Shown piece by piece: positions 11,124-21,649 of a stretch of DNA of 64,000 nt (its first letter is position 1; each line of letters opens with the position of its first letter). Source of the stretch: Chlamydiales bacterium (lineage in GTDB: Bacteria > Chlamydiota > Chlamydiia > Chlamydiales > JAAZZY01); NCBI GenBank assembly GCA_965206695.1, contig CBDBKM010000002.1:160001-224000 (forward strand), given 5' to 3'. The position numbers were made by a program, and so were the translations under genes. The notes below the pieces were generated by a model that worked only from the letters and a program-made list of their open reading frames with translations, made no database searches and was not told where the DNA came from.

Positions 11124-12434
11124 ATGCCAAGTATCATAGTTGTTGGAACCCAATGGGGTGATGAAGGAAAAGGAAAGTTTGTTGATATCCTCTCAGATAG
11201 AATTAAAGCTGTTGTACGAGCCCAGGGAGGGCATAATGCGGGTCACACGGTTATCATAGGTGATCAAGAGTTTAAATTGCACTTGATACCTTCCGGTATA
11301 TTACATGAAGACACCGAGTGTTTTATCGGAGCGGGAACTGTAATTGATCCGGAAGTTCTAATAAAAGAAATTGAATATCTAAAAGCCTTGGGTGTATCGG
11401 TTAATGGCAGGCTATGGATCTCTACGGGTGCCCATGTTATTTTTCCTTATCATAAAATTTTAGATACTTTGGAAGAGGAAAGAAAAGGGAAGGCTTTGAT
11501 TGGAACTACTCATTCCGGTATTGGTCCTTGTTATGCTGATAAAGTTAATCGCATTGGTCTGCGTATCATTGATTTATTAGATTTAAAAGAATTCAAGATT
11601 AAGCTTTCGCATATTTTAGACGAGAAAAATGAATTGATTCATAAAATTTATGATCAAAAAGGACTTGATCTTGAGACGATCTACCGGAGATTTTGCCGAT
11701 TTTCAGATTTCTTAAAACCTTTTATATGCAAGGTAGACAACAAAATTCGCCAATATCTTAGTGCTAATGAAAATATTTTATTAGAAGGTGCTCAAGGTAC
11801 TTTTCTTGATATTAGTTGGGGAACCTATCCTTTCGTTACTTCTTCAAATACCATTTCTTCCGGAATTTGTAGCGGAGCCGGATTAAGCCATCGTGATCTG
11901 CACTATGTTCTTGGTATTTCTAAAGCCTATACAACTAGAGTCGGCAGCGGTCCTTTCCCCTCGGCCTTTGATAAGGTAGACAGGTTTCCCGAGCAACAAG
12001 AAGCTCGGGAATTAGGTACTACAACCGGCCGAGTACGGCGGCTTGGTTGGTTTGATGCGGTTTTAGTACGAGAAGCCGTACTACTTAATGGTATTGATTC
12101 TTTAGCTTTGACGAAACTGGATATTTTGGATAAACTTAAAAGTATTAAAATTTGTATTCGGTATCAAATAGATGGGAAACCATATGAAGGTGTTCCTTTG
12201 GCTGCCTCAGAATGGAATAAACTAGTACCTATTTATGAGGAATGTCCCGGATGGGAAACCTCTACTGTTAATATAACTTCTTATAAAGAATTACCGATGA
12301 ACGCACAGAAGTATCTTAACAGGATAGAAGAATTATGCGGCGTTCCGATTAGCATGGTATCGGTCGGTCCTAAAAGAGAACAGACGGTTATTAGACAAAA
12401 TATCCTATCCATGCAAAAGGAGAAAGTAAGTTAA
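11124..12434 (+). CDS. purA: Adenylosuccinate synthetase
   Basis: QWGDEGKGK, GGHNAGHT, TTGR.RR, TKLD; ATG at 11124 preferred over the ORF-track TTG. Confidence 0.97.
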   Translation: MPSIIVVGTQWGDEGKGKFVDILSDRIKAVVRAQGGHNAGHTVIIGDQEFKLHLIPSGILHEDTECFIGAGTVIDPEVLIKEIEYLKALGVSVNGRLWISTGAHVIFPYHKILDTLEEERKGKALIGTTHSGIGPCYADKVNRIGLRIIDLLDLKEFKIKLSHILDEKNELIHKIYDQKGLDLETIYRRFCRFSDFLKPFICKVDNKIRQYLSANENILLEGAQGTFLDISWGTYPFVTSSNTISSGICSGAGLSHRDLHYVLGISKAYTTRVGSGPFPSAFDKVDRFPEQQEARELGTTTGRVRRLGWFDAVLVREAVLLNGIDSLALTKLDILDKLKSIKICIRYQIDGKPYEGVPLAASEWNKLVPIYEECPGWETSTVNITSYKELPMNAQKYLNRIEELCGVPISMVSVGPKREQTVIRQNILSMQKEKVS

Positions 12435-13207
12435 TGCCTACTGTTGCCGAGACATCTCAAACAGATAAGGAATCTATTTATACTCAAGAAGACCTTGCTT
12501 TGTTAGATGTTCAAAAAATTCCTAATCATATAGCCATAGTTATGGATGGGAATCGCAGATGGGCTAAAAAAAAAGGAGTCCCTCCGGCAATGGGACATGC
12601 CTGTGGAGCAGAAAAACTCGTTGGTATTGTTAAAGGGGCGATAGAATTAGGAACCAAAGTTTTAACCGTATATGGCTTTTCTACTGAAAATTGGTCTCGT
12701 TCCGATGAAGAAGTAGATACTTTGATTTCATTAATAAAAGAATACTTAATTTCACAAAGATCAATCATGGAAAAAGAAGGAATTAGGCTCCATACGATAG
12801 GAGATACCTCACGCTTTTCCAAAGATTTACTGGATATTTTGCAGATGACTAAAGTGGTTACAGCTGCCGGTCGACGTTTTGATCTTGTGCTTGCTTTGAA
12901 TTATGGTAGTCGTAATGAAATTTGTAGGGCGGTCCGGGACATTATCCATGATTTTATGATTGGGAAAATTGTAAAAAAAGAAATTAATGAAGAACTCCTT
13001 TCTCAATATTTGGATACTGCCCAATGGGGAGATCCTGAACTGTTTATTCGTACAAGTGGGGAAATGCGGGTTAGCAATTTTTTATTATGGCAGATAGCAT
13101 ATACTGAAATTAGTATTTTAGATGTGACATGGCCTGATTTCACACCATCTTATTTATTAAAAGCTGTTTTAGATTTTCAGAGAAGAGATCGACGTTGGGG
13201 ATCATAG
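12434..13207 (+). CDS. uppS: Undecaprenyl/isoprenyl diphosphate synthase
   Basis: MDGNRRWA, FSTENW, RTSGE.R.SNFLLWQ. Confidence 0.97.
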   Translation: MPTVAETSQTDKESIYTQEDLALLDVQKIPNHIAIVMDGNRRWAKKKGVPPAMGHACGAEKLVGIVKGAIELGTKVLTVYGFSTENWSRSDEEVDTLISLIKEYLISQRSIMEKEGIRLHTIGDTSRFSKDLLDILQMTKVVTAAGRRFDLVLALNYGSRNEICRAVRDIIHDFMIGKIVKKEINEELLSQYLDTAQWGDPELFIRTSGEMRVSNFLLWQIAYTEISILDVTWPDFTPSYLLKAVLDFQRRDRRWGS

Positions 13208-13215
13208 GAGGATAA

Positions 13216-14070
13216 ATGCACGATTTAAAACAAAGATTGGTCATGAGCGTAATTTGGATAATACTTCTTGTAGTTTTAGTTTACCTCTCTCCTTATTCTG
13301 TTTTCCCTCTGCTTTTTACTGCCGGGTTAGCTTTCGTAATTGGAATTGCTTTATGGGAGTATTATCGCATGGCTCAACATAAAGGGTTTCAACCAATGGT
13401 AGCAATAGGGTTGGTCGGAGGGGTTTGTTATGTCTTTGCTTCTTTTCTTCAAACTCTTGATAGCAACTGGGATTTTGTGCCTATCTGTATTTTAGGCGCT
13501 ATTCTTTTTGCTCTATTTATTTTTTATTTCTATAAAGCTCAAGAACCCTTTCTAAACATTGCAATTACTTTTTTTGGAATTATTTATATAACAACAACCC
13601 TGTCATTGATAATAAATATTAATTTCTATTTTCCAAAGAGTAGTATTCAGGATGGACGGTGGTGGATTCTATATTTATTAGCGGTTACAAAATTTGCCGA
13701 TATAGGAGGATATTTCATTGGTAAGGCTTTTGGAAAACATAAACTTGCTTTGAATATAAGCCCCGGGAAAACAATAGAAGGTTTTATAGGAGGCATTTGC
13801 CTATCGTTATTAGCGAGTCTTTTCCTATGTTTCTTAGATCCTTATTTTGATTATCCTTTGAATATTTACTGGACCCAAGCTATTTTCTTAGGCATTTTGT
13901 TGGGAGTAGTTGCTCAATTGGGAGATTTAGCAGAGTCTTTGTTAAAAAGAGATGCCGGTGTAAAAGATAGTAATAATATGAAAGGACACGGGGGGGTGCT
14001 CGATATGGTTGATTCACTATTGTTTACAGCTCCTGTCATTTATACATTTTTGAAAATTCGGATGGCATAA
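13216..14070 (+). CDS. cdsA: Phosphatidate cytidylyltransferase
   Basis: ISPGKTIEG, ES.LKRDAGVKDS, GHGGVLD. Confidence 0.97.
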   Translation: MHDLKQRLVMSVIWIILLVVLVYLSPYSVFPLLFTAGLAFVIGIALWEYYRMAQHKGFQPMVAIGLVGGVCYVFASFLQTLDSNWDFVPICILGAILFALFIFYFYKAQEPFLNIAITFFGIIYITTTLSLIININFYFPKSSIQDGRWWILYLLAVTKFADIGGYFIGKAFGKHKLALNISPGKTIEGFIGGICLSLLASLFLCFLDPYFDYPLNIYWTQAIFLGILLGVVAQLGDLAESLLKRDAGVKDSNNMKGHGGVLDMVDSLLFTAPVIYTFLKIRMA

Positions 14071-14735
14071 TGATTATTGCAATAGATGGACCGTCGGGAA
14101 CAGGTAAGAGTACGGTTGCTAAGGTTTTAGCAAAAAAAATCAATTTTATTTATTTCGATACCGGGGCGATGTATCGCGCTGTTTGTCTGGGGATGGATAC
14201 TTTAGGTATTACTTTAAAAGATGAGGCTGCGTTGTTAACATTTTTGAAAGATTTTACTTTTAAAGTAAAAATGATTAAAGGTGAGCCCCATTATTTTATT
14301 GATGATAAAGAAGTAACGCATGAAATTCGTAGTCCTGCCATAACGAGTAAAGCATCGGAAATTGCTGCTTGTAGCGATATACGGGAACGGTTGGTTGATA
14401 TACAGCGTAATTTTGCTGAGGGTGGTGTGAATGCCGTTTTTGAAGGTAGAGATATGGGAACAATAGTATTCCCAAAGGCAGATTTAAAATTATATTTGGA
14501 CGCAAAAGCAGATATTAGAGCTAAACGACGTTATTTAGAAATGAAAGAAAGAGGCTATGACGATCTTTCAGAAGAGAGTATTTATAATGCTATCTTAAAA
14601 AGAGATTACCGAGATTCAACGCGTAAGATCTCTCCTTTAAAACAAGCAAAAGATGCGATTTACATCGATACGTCAAATTTATCAATTCAAGAGGTGCTGG
14701 ATAAGATTTTAAAGCATTGGGAGGCTATACGATGA
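14070..14735 (+). CDS. cmk: Cytidylate kinase
   Basis: IAIDGPSGTGKST, DTGAMYRA, EGRD.GT. Confidence 0.97.
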   Translation: MIIAIDGPSGTGKSTVAKVLAKKINFIYFDTGAMYRAVCLGMDTLGITLKDEAALLTFLKDFTFKVKMIKGEPHYFIDDKEVTHEIRSPAITSKASEIAACSDIRERLVDIQRNFAEGGVNAVFEGRDMGTIVFPKADLKLYLDAKADIRAKRRYLEMKERGYDDLSEESIYNAILKRDYRDSTRKISPLKQAKDAIYIDTSNLSIQEVLDKILKHWEAIR

Positions 14736-15391
14736 ACTTTAAAGGTGATGCTTCTTTGTTTTATCGTTTTAGTCGATGGTGTACACTTATGTTTTATCGT
14801 ATTTTCTATCGATTTGAAGCTTATGGCGTCGACGAACACTGGTGTGATGGACCGGCCATTATTGCTGCTAATCATACGAGTTTCTACGATCCCCCTGCTG
14901 TTGGGATCGCAGTAAAAAAAGGTATTCATTATTTAGCGCGTAAGTCATTATTTCGTTTCCCTATTTTTGGTTTTATGTTGAAAAGGTATCATGTTCATCC
15001 GTTAGATGAGGGAAGTGCAACTTCTGCTATTAAAGCCGTGACTACATTATTATCTCAAAATAAACAAGTTGTTATTTTTCCTGAAGGTACTCGTCAGAAA
15101 GATGATAAAATAGGAAAGGTTAAAGCAGGGATAGGTATGTTAGTCCAAAGAACACAATGTCCTATTATTCCGGTGTATATTTTGGGTGCCTATCAAGTTT
15201 GGAATCGGCATCGTCGATTGCCTAAATTATATGGCAAGATTATTTGCGTTGTAGGGTCGCCAATTAAATGGGAGAATTTTGCTCAGATGGATCGCAAGAA
15301 AGCGCAAAAAGCAGTTGTTGAGAAATGGAAAGAGTCTCTTGCAGCCCTTAAAAACTGGTATGAAAATGATGCTAAAGGTTCCCCGCCTTAA
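14732..15391 (+). CDS. plsC: 1-acyl-sn-glycerol-3-phosphate acyltransferase
   Basis: NHTSFYD and FPEGTR motifs; ATG overlapping the cmk stop. Confidence 0.93.
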   Translation: MNFKGDASLFYRFSRWCTLMFYRIFYRFEAYGVDEHWCDGPAIIAANHTSFYDPPAVGIAVKKGIHYLARKSLFRFPIFGFMLKRYHVHPLDEGSATSAIKAVTTLLSQNKQVVIFPEGTRQKDDKIGKVKAGIGMLVQRTQCPIIPVYILGAYQVWNRHRRLPKLYGKIICVVGSPIKWENFAQMDRKKAQKAVVEKWKESLAALKNWYENDAKGSPP

Positions 15392-15707
15392 TCATTTATT
15401 TAATTAAACAGACTAATTAGGTCATCTTAACTTAGATAGAAATTTCAATATTGCTGCCTTTAGAAATAAAGGCTTATCGGGATTTTGTCTTTAAAAAAGC
15501 CCCTTACCTCTCATTGAAGATCAGTTATATCACGGGTCTTTTTTACCTGAAACTCAAAAGTGCTTCTTTGATGTGGAGTTAATTGGTTCATACAAAACTA
15601 ATATCATATTTATACTTTTTTGTGTACCTTTCAGTAGCGAAGAGTATATACTAAAAAGCAGTCGATAATTTAAACCTTTATCTCTTTAGAATAGGACTGT
15701 TATTTAA

Positions 15708-16436
15708 GTGTACGAAAATGCTTTAGAAATTAAAAATCTTTATAAATCTTACGGTGACTTTGAAGCTCTAAAAAACATTAATCTCACAATCAAAAAAGGG
15801 GATTTTTTTGGTTTCCTGGGACGTAATGGGGCCGGTAAGACAACCACTATACATACTATCTGTGGTATTAATAAATTTGATGCAGGATCAATAGAAGTAT
15901 GTGGCCATGATGTTATACATGATGAGCGTGCGGCTAAAACTTCGATCGGCCTATCTTCTCAAGAATATAATGTCGATATGTTTATGCCTCTAAAAAAAAT
16001 TCTTTGGAATATGGGTGGGCTTTATGGCGTCCCTGCAAAAACAAGAAAAGTTCGCATTGAAGAGCTCTTAACTATTTTTAATCTAAAAGAGCATCAGAAT
16101 AAAACTTTTCGCCACCTATCAGGCGGGATGAAAAGGCGCGCTATTTTAGCAAGAGCCATGATCCATGACCCCGAACTATTGATTTTGGATGAACCAACAG
16201 CCGGCTTAGATATTGAGCTTCGACATGAACTTTGGGAATACTTACTGAAAATCAATAAAATGGGAAAAACCATTTTATTGACCTCTCATTATTTAGAAGA
16301 AGTCGAAATACTGTGCGAGACGATTGCTATCATCCATTTAGGAAAAATGATAAAAGTAGATAAAAAAGAAAATTATTTAAAAGATGGTATTCGTCTAGAA
16401 AAACAATTTATGGACATGACTAAAGAAGTAAGATGA
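15708..16436 (+). CDS. ABC transporter ATP-binding protein (YadG-like)
   Basis: Walker A GRNGAGKT, LSGG, LILDEP. Confidence 0.93.
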   Translation: MYENALEIKNLYKSYGDFEALKNINLTIKKGDFFGFLGRNGAGKTTTIHTICGINKFDAGSIEVCGHDVIHDERAAKTSIGLSSQEYNVDMFMPLKKILWNMGGLYGVPAKTRKVRIEELLTIFNLKEHQNKTFRHLSGGMKRRAILARAMIHDPELLILDEPTAGLDIELRHELWEYLLKINKMGKTILLTSHYLEEVEILCETIAIIHLGKMIKVDKKENYLKDGIRLEKQFMDMTKEVR

Positions 16437-17200
16437 ACATTAACTTTATTGGAACCTATACCCTTATCCAGTCAGAAGCTCAGCGATTTTTAAGAACCGT
16501 TATCCAATCTCTTGTGGGCCCTTGGGTCAATGCTTTATTATATATCTTTATCTTCGGATATGTTGTTGGTTTTAAAATTAATTTTATACCCGGATTTCGA
16601 TATATTGAATTTGTACTACCCGGTATCTTAATGTTAAACGTTATCACCGCAGCTTTTTTGCAAACGTCTTTTTCTATCTTCCATAGGCGTTTTTCCGGCC
16701 ATATTGAAGAAATACTAATAGCCCCCTTATCTACATACGAGATTATTTTTGGATATGTTGTTGGCGCTGTTTTACGTAGTATTTGTGTAGGCATAGGCAT
16801 TTATATCATTGCTATTTGCTTTCAAATCGCCTCTATTGAACATATAGGTTCTTTTTTTTTCTATATCATATCCGTTTCAATTATCTTTGCGTTTTTAGGA
16901 ATTGTCACCGGCCTTTGGTCAGAGACTTTTGAACAACTCGCTGTCTTTCAAACCTTTGTTATCACCCCCCTAACTTTTCTTGGCGGAATTTTTAATTCTA
17001 TTGATATGCTCCCTGAAAACATTCAGACCATTTTGCGTTTCAATCCTTTTTTTTATTTCGTAGATGGTCTTCGATATGCCATGATCGGCTATCAGGAATC
17101 CACTCTATTTCTTCGTTCTTTAGTAATCGCTATTCTTATTCTCCTCTCTGCTTCTTGGGCTGTACTTTTATTAGCTAGAGGATATAAAATAAAAACATAA
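16433..17200 (+). CDS. ABC-2 type permease (YadH-like)
   Basis: Six TM helices, Y..F..PG and NPFFY.VDG.RY motifs; translationally coupled to the ATPase. Confidence 0.9.
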   Translation: MNINFIGTYTLIQSEAQRFLRTVIQSLVGPWVNALLYIFIFGYVVGFKINFIPGFRYIEFVLPGILMLNVITAAFLQTSFSIFHRRFSGHIEEILIAPLSTYEIIFGYVVGAVLRSICVGIGIYIIAICFQIASIEHIGSFFFYIISVSIIFAFLGIVTGLWSETFEQLAVFQTFVITPLTFLGGIFNSIDMLPENIQTILRFNPFFYFVDGLRYAMIGYQESTLFLRSLVIAILILLSASWAVLLLARGYKIKT

Positions 17201-17217
17201 AATCAAATTATAATTAA

Positions 17218-18465
17218 GTGTTCAAAATGCCGTTAAAAACCTCTTATTCAAAGTTTTCGTTATTTTTTAATCATCTATACAGAAGGACCCTTTACCCGGC
17301 ACCAAAGAAATTAGAATCCTTTCTAATTTCTCATTGTATTCAAAGCCTTCCCAAAGTGTTTCCTCGCCTTAATACAGCTAAAGCTTTTGGCATTCCTAAA
17401 GGCATCACTTCTATTAAATCTTTTCCGAAACAAACGATTTACCCTTCTAAAACGATTAATCGCCCTCCTCCTAAAACTCTTTATTCTAAAATCTCTGATC
17501 GTTTTCCTACTTCTACCACTATACCTGAAGCCAATGTTTTAGCTCTACCCAATGGTATTGTAACTCAGAAAGGGGGAGTTCTGACAGCTAATGGAGATTT
17601 GATTGAAGAATTGACTATACAATACGGTCTACAAAATATTTTAGATCATAAGCTATTCCGTATCCGCTTAAAAAACTTTTGGAAAAAATGTCAGCATTTT
17701 AATGGCACCGTAGCATGGCTGACCATGGATAAACAAGGTAATTTAGCTCATTGGTGTTATGATATACTCCCTCGTTTAGATCTTTATAAAAAGGGCGGCT
17801 ATTCTCCTGATAAAATTTATGTTAAATTAGATCATGATTATCAGTTAGAAAGTTTAAAATTGATGGGTTTTAGAGATGATCAAATCATTGATGCCAACAT
17901 CTATCCGTTTATCTCTGCTGATATAATGCTAGTCGGAACAACCCCTTGCTCCCCGGGGGTTCCTAATGATTGGATTTGTCGATTTTTAAGAGAATCTTAC
18001 TTAAGTAATATCCATAGATATTTAAAAGATCACCGTTTTCCTAAATGTATTTATATTTCCAGAAGTCTTACTCCCAGACGTCAGATTCATGATGAAGACA
18101 AACTTATCAAATTATTAAAAAAATATGGATTTGTCTTATTTAGACCTGAACAAGTGAGTTTTTTAAAAAGCGCTGCTTATTTTGCTAATGCTGATGTTAT
18201 TTTATCTCCTCATGGCGCTGCATTATCGAGGCTGGTTTTTTCCAAGCCAAAATCAAAATGCATTGAAATTCTTTCTAACCATCTAGCTAATGTTTTTTAC
18301 TGGCATCTTTGCGAGGAAAACTCGATTGATTATTACTATTTAGAAGGAAAAGCAACGGATTTAAATCAAGGCAGACTTGCTAAAGGGCATAAAAGTTCCC
18401 TTACGGTTAACTTAGATCATTTAGAACAAACTTTTAAGCTGGCCGATATAGCCCCTGATCATTAA
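17218..18465 (+). CDS. Glycosyltransferase family 61 protein
   Basis: N..HW..D.LPRL, IYISR, HGAAL motifs. Confidence 0.85.
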   Translation: MFKMPLKTSYSKFSLFFNHLYRRTLYPAPKKLESFLISHCIQSLPKVFPRLNTAKAFGIPKGITSIKSFPKQTIYPSKTINRPPPKTLYSKISDRFPTSTTIPEANVLALPNGIVTQKGGVLTANGDLIEELTIQYGLQNILDHKLFRIRLKNFWKKCQHFNGTVAWLTMDKQGNLAHWCYDILPRLDLYKKGGYSPDKIYVKLDHDYQLESLKLMGFRDDQIIDANIYPFISADIMLVGTTPCSPGVPNDWICRFLRESYLSNIHRYLKDHRFPKCIYISRSLTPRRQIHDEDKLIKLLKKYGFVLFRPEQVSFLKSAAYFANADVILSPHGAALSRLVFSKPKSKCIEILSNHLANVFYWHLCEENSIDYYYLEGKATDLNQGRLAKGHKSSLTVNLDHLEQTFKLADIAPDH

Positions 18466-18477
18466 CTTTTTTTCATT

Positions 18478-20286
18478 ATGGTGATTGATCTTAAAACCTT
18501 TTCGTCAAAACCCGGCGTCTACCTTATGAAAGATAAGGCCGGCAAGGTATTATATGTCGGTAAAGCTAATAATTTAAAGAAACGTATTCAACAGTATTAC
18601 ATTCCCGGCCGAGACTCTCGACCACAAATTGAAATCCTCATCTCACAGATTCATGACATTGATACTATCATTGTATCTTCTGAAAAAGAAGCTCTTCTTT
18701 TGGAAAATACACTCATCAAAAAATATACTCCGAAATACAACATCCTTTTAAAAGACGATAAAACATTTATTAGCTTAAAACTATCCAAACATCAATGGCC
18801 AACCCTTCGTCTCGTTCGATATAAAGGAAAACCAAAATCCGACGGCACCTATTTCGGCCCTTATACCGGTGCTATTGCCGCAAGAGAGACTTTAGATGTC
18901 ATCCAACGTATTTTTCCACTAAGGGAATGCTCTGATAAGGAATTAATGAACCGAACGAGACCCTGTATCCTTTATCAAATCAAACGTTGCATTGCACCTT
19001 GTGTTAATAAATGTACGCAAAAAGAGTACGATTTAGAAGTTAAGCGAACGATTCAATTTTTGCGCGGTCAAGATAAAGAAGTCTTTCAAAACCTTTATAA
19101 GAAAATGCAAAAAGCAAGTGATCAACTTGAATTTGAGAAAGCTCGGGATATTTTTAAAACGATAAAAAAGATGGAAGACACTATTGAAAAACAAAGAGTT
19201 ATTAAAGCAAATAATAAAGATATAGATGTTTTAAATCTCTATCGTCAAGCAGATGAGATCGTTATTACAGCATTAGCCTTCCATGCAGGTAAATTAATTT
19301 CATCAGAAAGCCACGCCTTCAAAGATCTTTTTTTAGAGGATAAGGAACTCATTGCTTCTTTCATTATGCAACACTATATAGCCAAAGAAATCCTTCCTCA
19401 TGAAATTTTAACTCCTGTTTTAGTCGAATCCCCTAAATTACTCAGTGAGCTGATAAGCGATAAAAAAACTCGTCCGGCACATATTTATCGTCCCATAAAA
19501 GGTGATAACAAGGCATTACTTCATCTGGCTTATGAAAATGCTCGGGCCTATTTTAATAAAGATCGGGATATCAAAAAGACAAATGAAAAAATCTTACTTC
19601 AACTTCAAGAACGTTTAAAGCTAATGAATTATCCTGAAAGAATCGAATGTTTTGACAATTCTCATACCGGTGGCTCTTCTCCGGTATCCGCAATGGTTTG
19701 TTATATTGACGGGATAAGGGATAAAAACCATACACGTAAATTTCATATCCGAGGAAAGAGCCATGATATAGCCGCGATGCAAGAAGTCCTTTTTAGACAA
19801 TATCAAAAAGCAACAGAGAAGAATGACTTTCCTGATCTGGTCATTGTTGATGGAGGCAAAGCACAATTGAATATCGCCAAGCAAGTCTTTAACGAATTAA
19901 ATATTGCTAATGTAGATGTCATTGGACTTGCTAAAGACCGGGGACGTCATGATAAAGGCTGCACTTTAGAAAAGATCTATATCTCAGATAAAAAGGACCC
20001 TATCATCCTTCCCGGACATTCTCCCCTACTATTTTTTCTTCAACGTATTCGTGATGAAGCTCATAATACGGTTCTTAATTTTCATAAAACAAACCGCTCT
20101 AAAAAAATTATTACCACTAAACTTGATAATATTCCCGGTATAGGCCCGGTTAAGCGAAAAGCTCTATTACGCAACTTTGGCAGTTTAAAACGCATTAAAG
20201 AAGCTGATTTCGATGACTTACTCACTGTCAAAGGGATAAGCAAAAAAAATGCTGAGCAAATTATTCAATTTGCAGCTTCGGATTAA
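18478..20286 (+). CDS. uvrC: Excinuclease ABC subunit C
   Basis: GIY-YIG N-terminus, ECFDNSH, DGGK.Q, HhH. Confidence 0.97.
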   Translation: MVIDLKTFSSKPGVYLMKDKAGKVLYVGKANNLKKRIQQYYIPGRDSRPQIEILISQIHDIDTIIVSSEKEALLLENTLIKKYTPKYNILLKDDKTFISLKLSKHQWPTLRLVRYKGKPKSDGTYFGPYTGAIAARETLDVIQRIFPLRECSDKELMNRTRPCILYQIKRCIAPCVNKCTQKEYDLEVKRTIQFLRGQDKEVFQNLYKKMQKASDQLEFEKARDIFKTIKKMEDTIEKQRVIKANNKDIDVLNLYRQADEIVITALAFHAGKLISSESHAFKDLFLEDKELIASFIMQHYIAKEILPHEILTPVLVESPKLLSELISDKKTRPAHIYRPIKGDNKALLHLAYENARAYFNKDRDIKKTNEKILLQLQERLKLMNYPERIECFDNSHTGGSSPVSAMVCYIDGIRDKNHTRKFHIRGKSHDIAAMQEVLFRQYQKATEKNDFPDLVIVDGGKAQLNIAKQVFNELNIANVDVIGLAKDRGRHDKGCTLEKIYISDKKDPIILPGHSPLLFFLQRIRDEAHNTVLNFHKTNRSKKIITTKLDNIPGIGPVKRKALLRNFGSLKRIKEADFDDLLTVKGISKKNAEQIIQFAASD

Positions 20287-20332
20287 CCACTTAACCCCTA
20301 ACAACTTATTAACTAATATCAAAAATTAGCAC

Positions 20333-20361
20333 TTGATTTTTAAATCAAAATATTCTATAAT
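20333..20361 (+). promoter_or_regulatory. Sigma66/70-type promoter
   Basis: TTGATT-17 bp-TATAAT upstream of ORF 20387. Confidence 0.55.
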
Positions 20362-20386
20362 GAATTTGTAAAGCAAAACCACATAG

Positions 20387-20581
20387 GTGTTAGTAATGTC
20401 GAAAAAAGATTATAAAATAAAGAAAAGTAAAGCATTAACTAAACAAAGAAAATTAGTTTTTGATCATAATATTGACAATACTCTTAACGGTTACAACAAA
20501 GATACTCTATCAAGCAATCATTTAATTAAAGAATCGATTGAAGAAGATCTCAAAAATTTAGAAGATTTATATCAATCTTAG
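20387..20581 (+). CDS. Small hypothetical protein
   Basis: 64-aa ORF directly downstream of a near-consensus promoter. Confidence 0.5.
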   Translation: MLVMSKKDYKIKKSKALTKQRKLVFDHNIDNTLNGYNKDTLSSNHLIKESIEEDLKNLEDLYQS

Positions 20582-20594
20582 GTTAGGCAATCAA

Positions 20595-21102
20595 TTACTT
20601 TGCATTATATACAGTAAAGAGATATTGTTTGTCATAACCAAATAAATGTTTAAGACGAATACTTAGTCCCAATTCGATCCGTTCAAGGATTTTGATATGT
20701 TCGTCTAATGATTCATTTGGAAAATCAGCAATAATTTCTATTTTATTTTTTTCAATAGAGACTTCACTATAAATTTTATATTGAGGAAGTTCCGTTTTTA
20801 AATAATCTTGAACACATGTTGAGACTGCTTCAGGTGAAATAGATAATGTTCCTCTTTGCATCTCCAATTGATAATAATATTTTCCGGATAAAAAATGAAA
20901 AGCTAAAAATACAAAAAACACCTAATGCGACTAAGACAAACCCGGTGATATGAAAAGAAAAGGGTTGGCTTATAACGATGTAAGCTATTGTCTGTAACAG
21001 ATGAGGTACCCGGGGCAGCAAAAATACCACTACCCCAAGAAATATTATCAAAATAGCAAATAGCAAACTAATAAATGAAAAGAAGAGAAAAGAGGGACGC
21101 AT
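20595..21102 (-). pseudogene. AmaP-like membrane anchor partner of Asp23, frameshifted near 20915
   Basis: Two overlapping ORFs (TM-rich N half, soluble C half) directly after the asp23-like gene; could be a sequencing indel. Confidence 0.6.
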
Positions 21103-21104
21103 CT

Positions 21105-21572
21105 TTAAAATTTGGTCGTATATTCATGTTCTGTTTCATCAGCTAACATCATTGAAGAAGCCTCGGATAGATCGCTGCTTTCTTGCTCATCTCCACTTAG
21201 TAACATGTTTTTTATAATAACATGTACACATCCAACATGTAAGCCTGTCAATGTGTTAATTTCTTCCGATACTTTATTTTGGATTTCGCTCGCTTTTTCA
21301 GGAATAGAAATGCCATAAGAAATATTAATTTCAACTTTTACATTGACAACCGGATTTTTATCTTCCTGTTCAACATAAATACCTTTAACTCTATCAACAT
21401 TTCCTCTATTTAGAATAGCATCAATTAAATTGCCTTCAATTAAAGTGATACTTTCGATATTGGTAAGAACTTGTAAAACAATAGCTTGAAAAACACGGTT
21501 TTCAATATCTCGAACATAAGTGGTTTCAGGCAATTCAAATTCTTTGGTATCAACATTAGCTTGATCATCCAC
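21105..21572 (-). CDS. Asp23/Gls24 family protein
   Basis: YGISIPEKA.EIQ..V.......TGL.V..VHV motif. Confidence 0.9.
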   Translation of the reverse strand: MDDQANVDTKEFELPETTYVRDIENRVFQAIVLQVLTNIESITLIEGNLIDAILNRGNVDRVKGIYVEQEDKNPVVNVKVEINISYGISIPEKASEIQNKVSEEINTLTGLHVGCVHVIIKNMLLSGDEQESSDLSEASSMMLADETEHEYTTKF

Positions 21573-21649
21573 AACTTAACCTCCTGTTTACTTTGAAAAC
21601 AGCGATTATACTCTTTCTAAGAATTAACCTACAATGCTTCTTTAGATAT

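Noticed and set aside
20326..20352. CIRCE element (TTAGCACT)
   Set aside because: Second half-site GAGTGCTAA is absent
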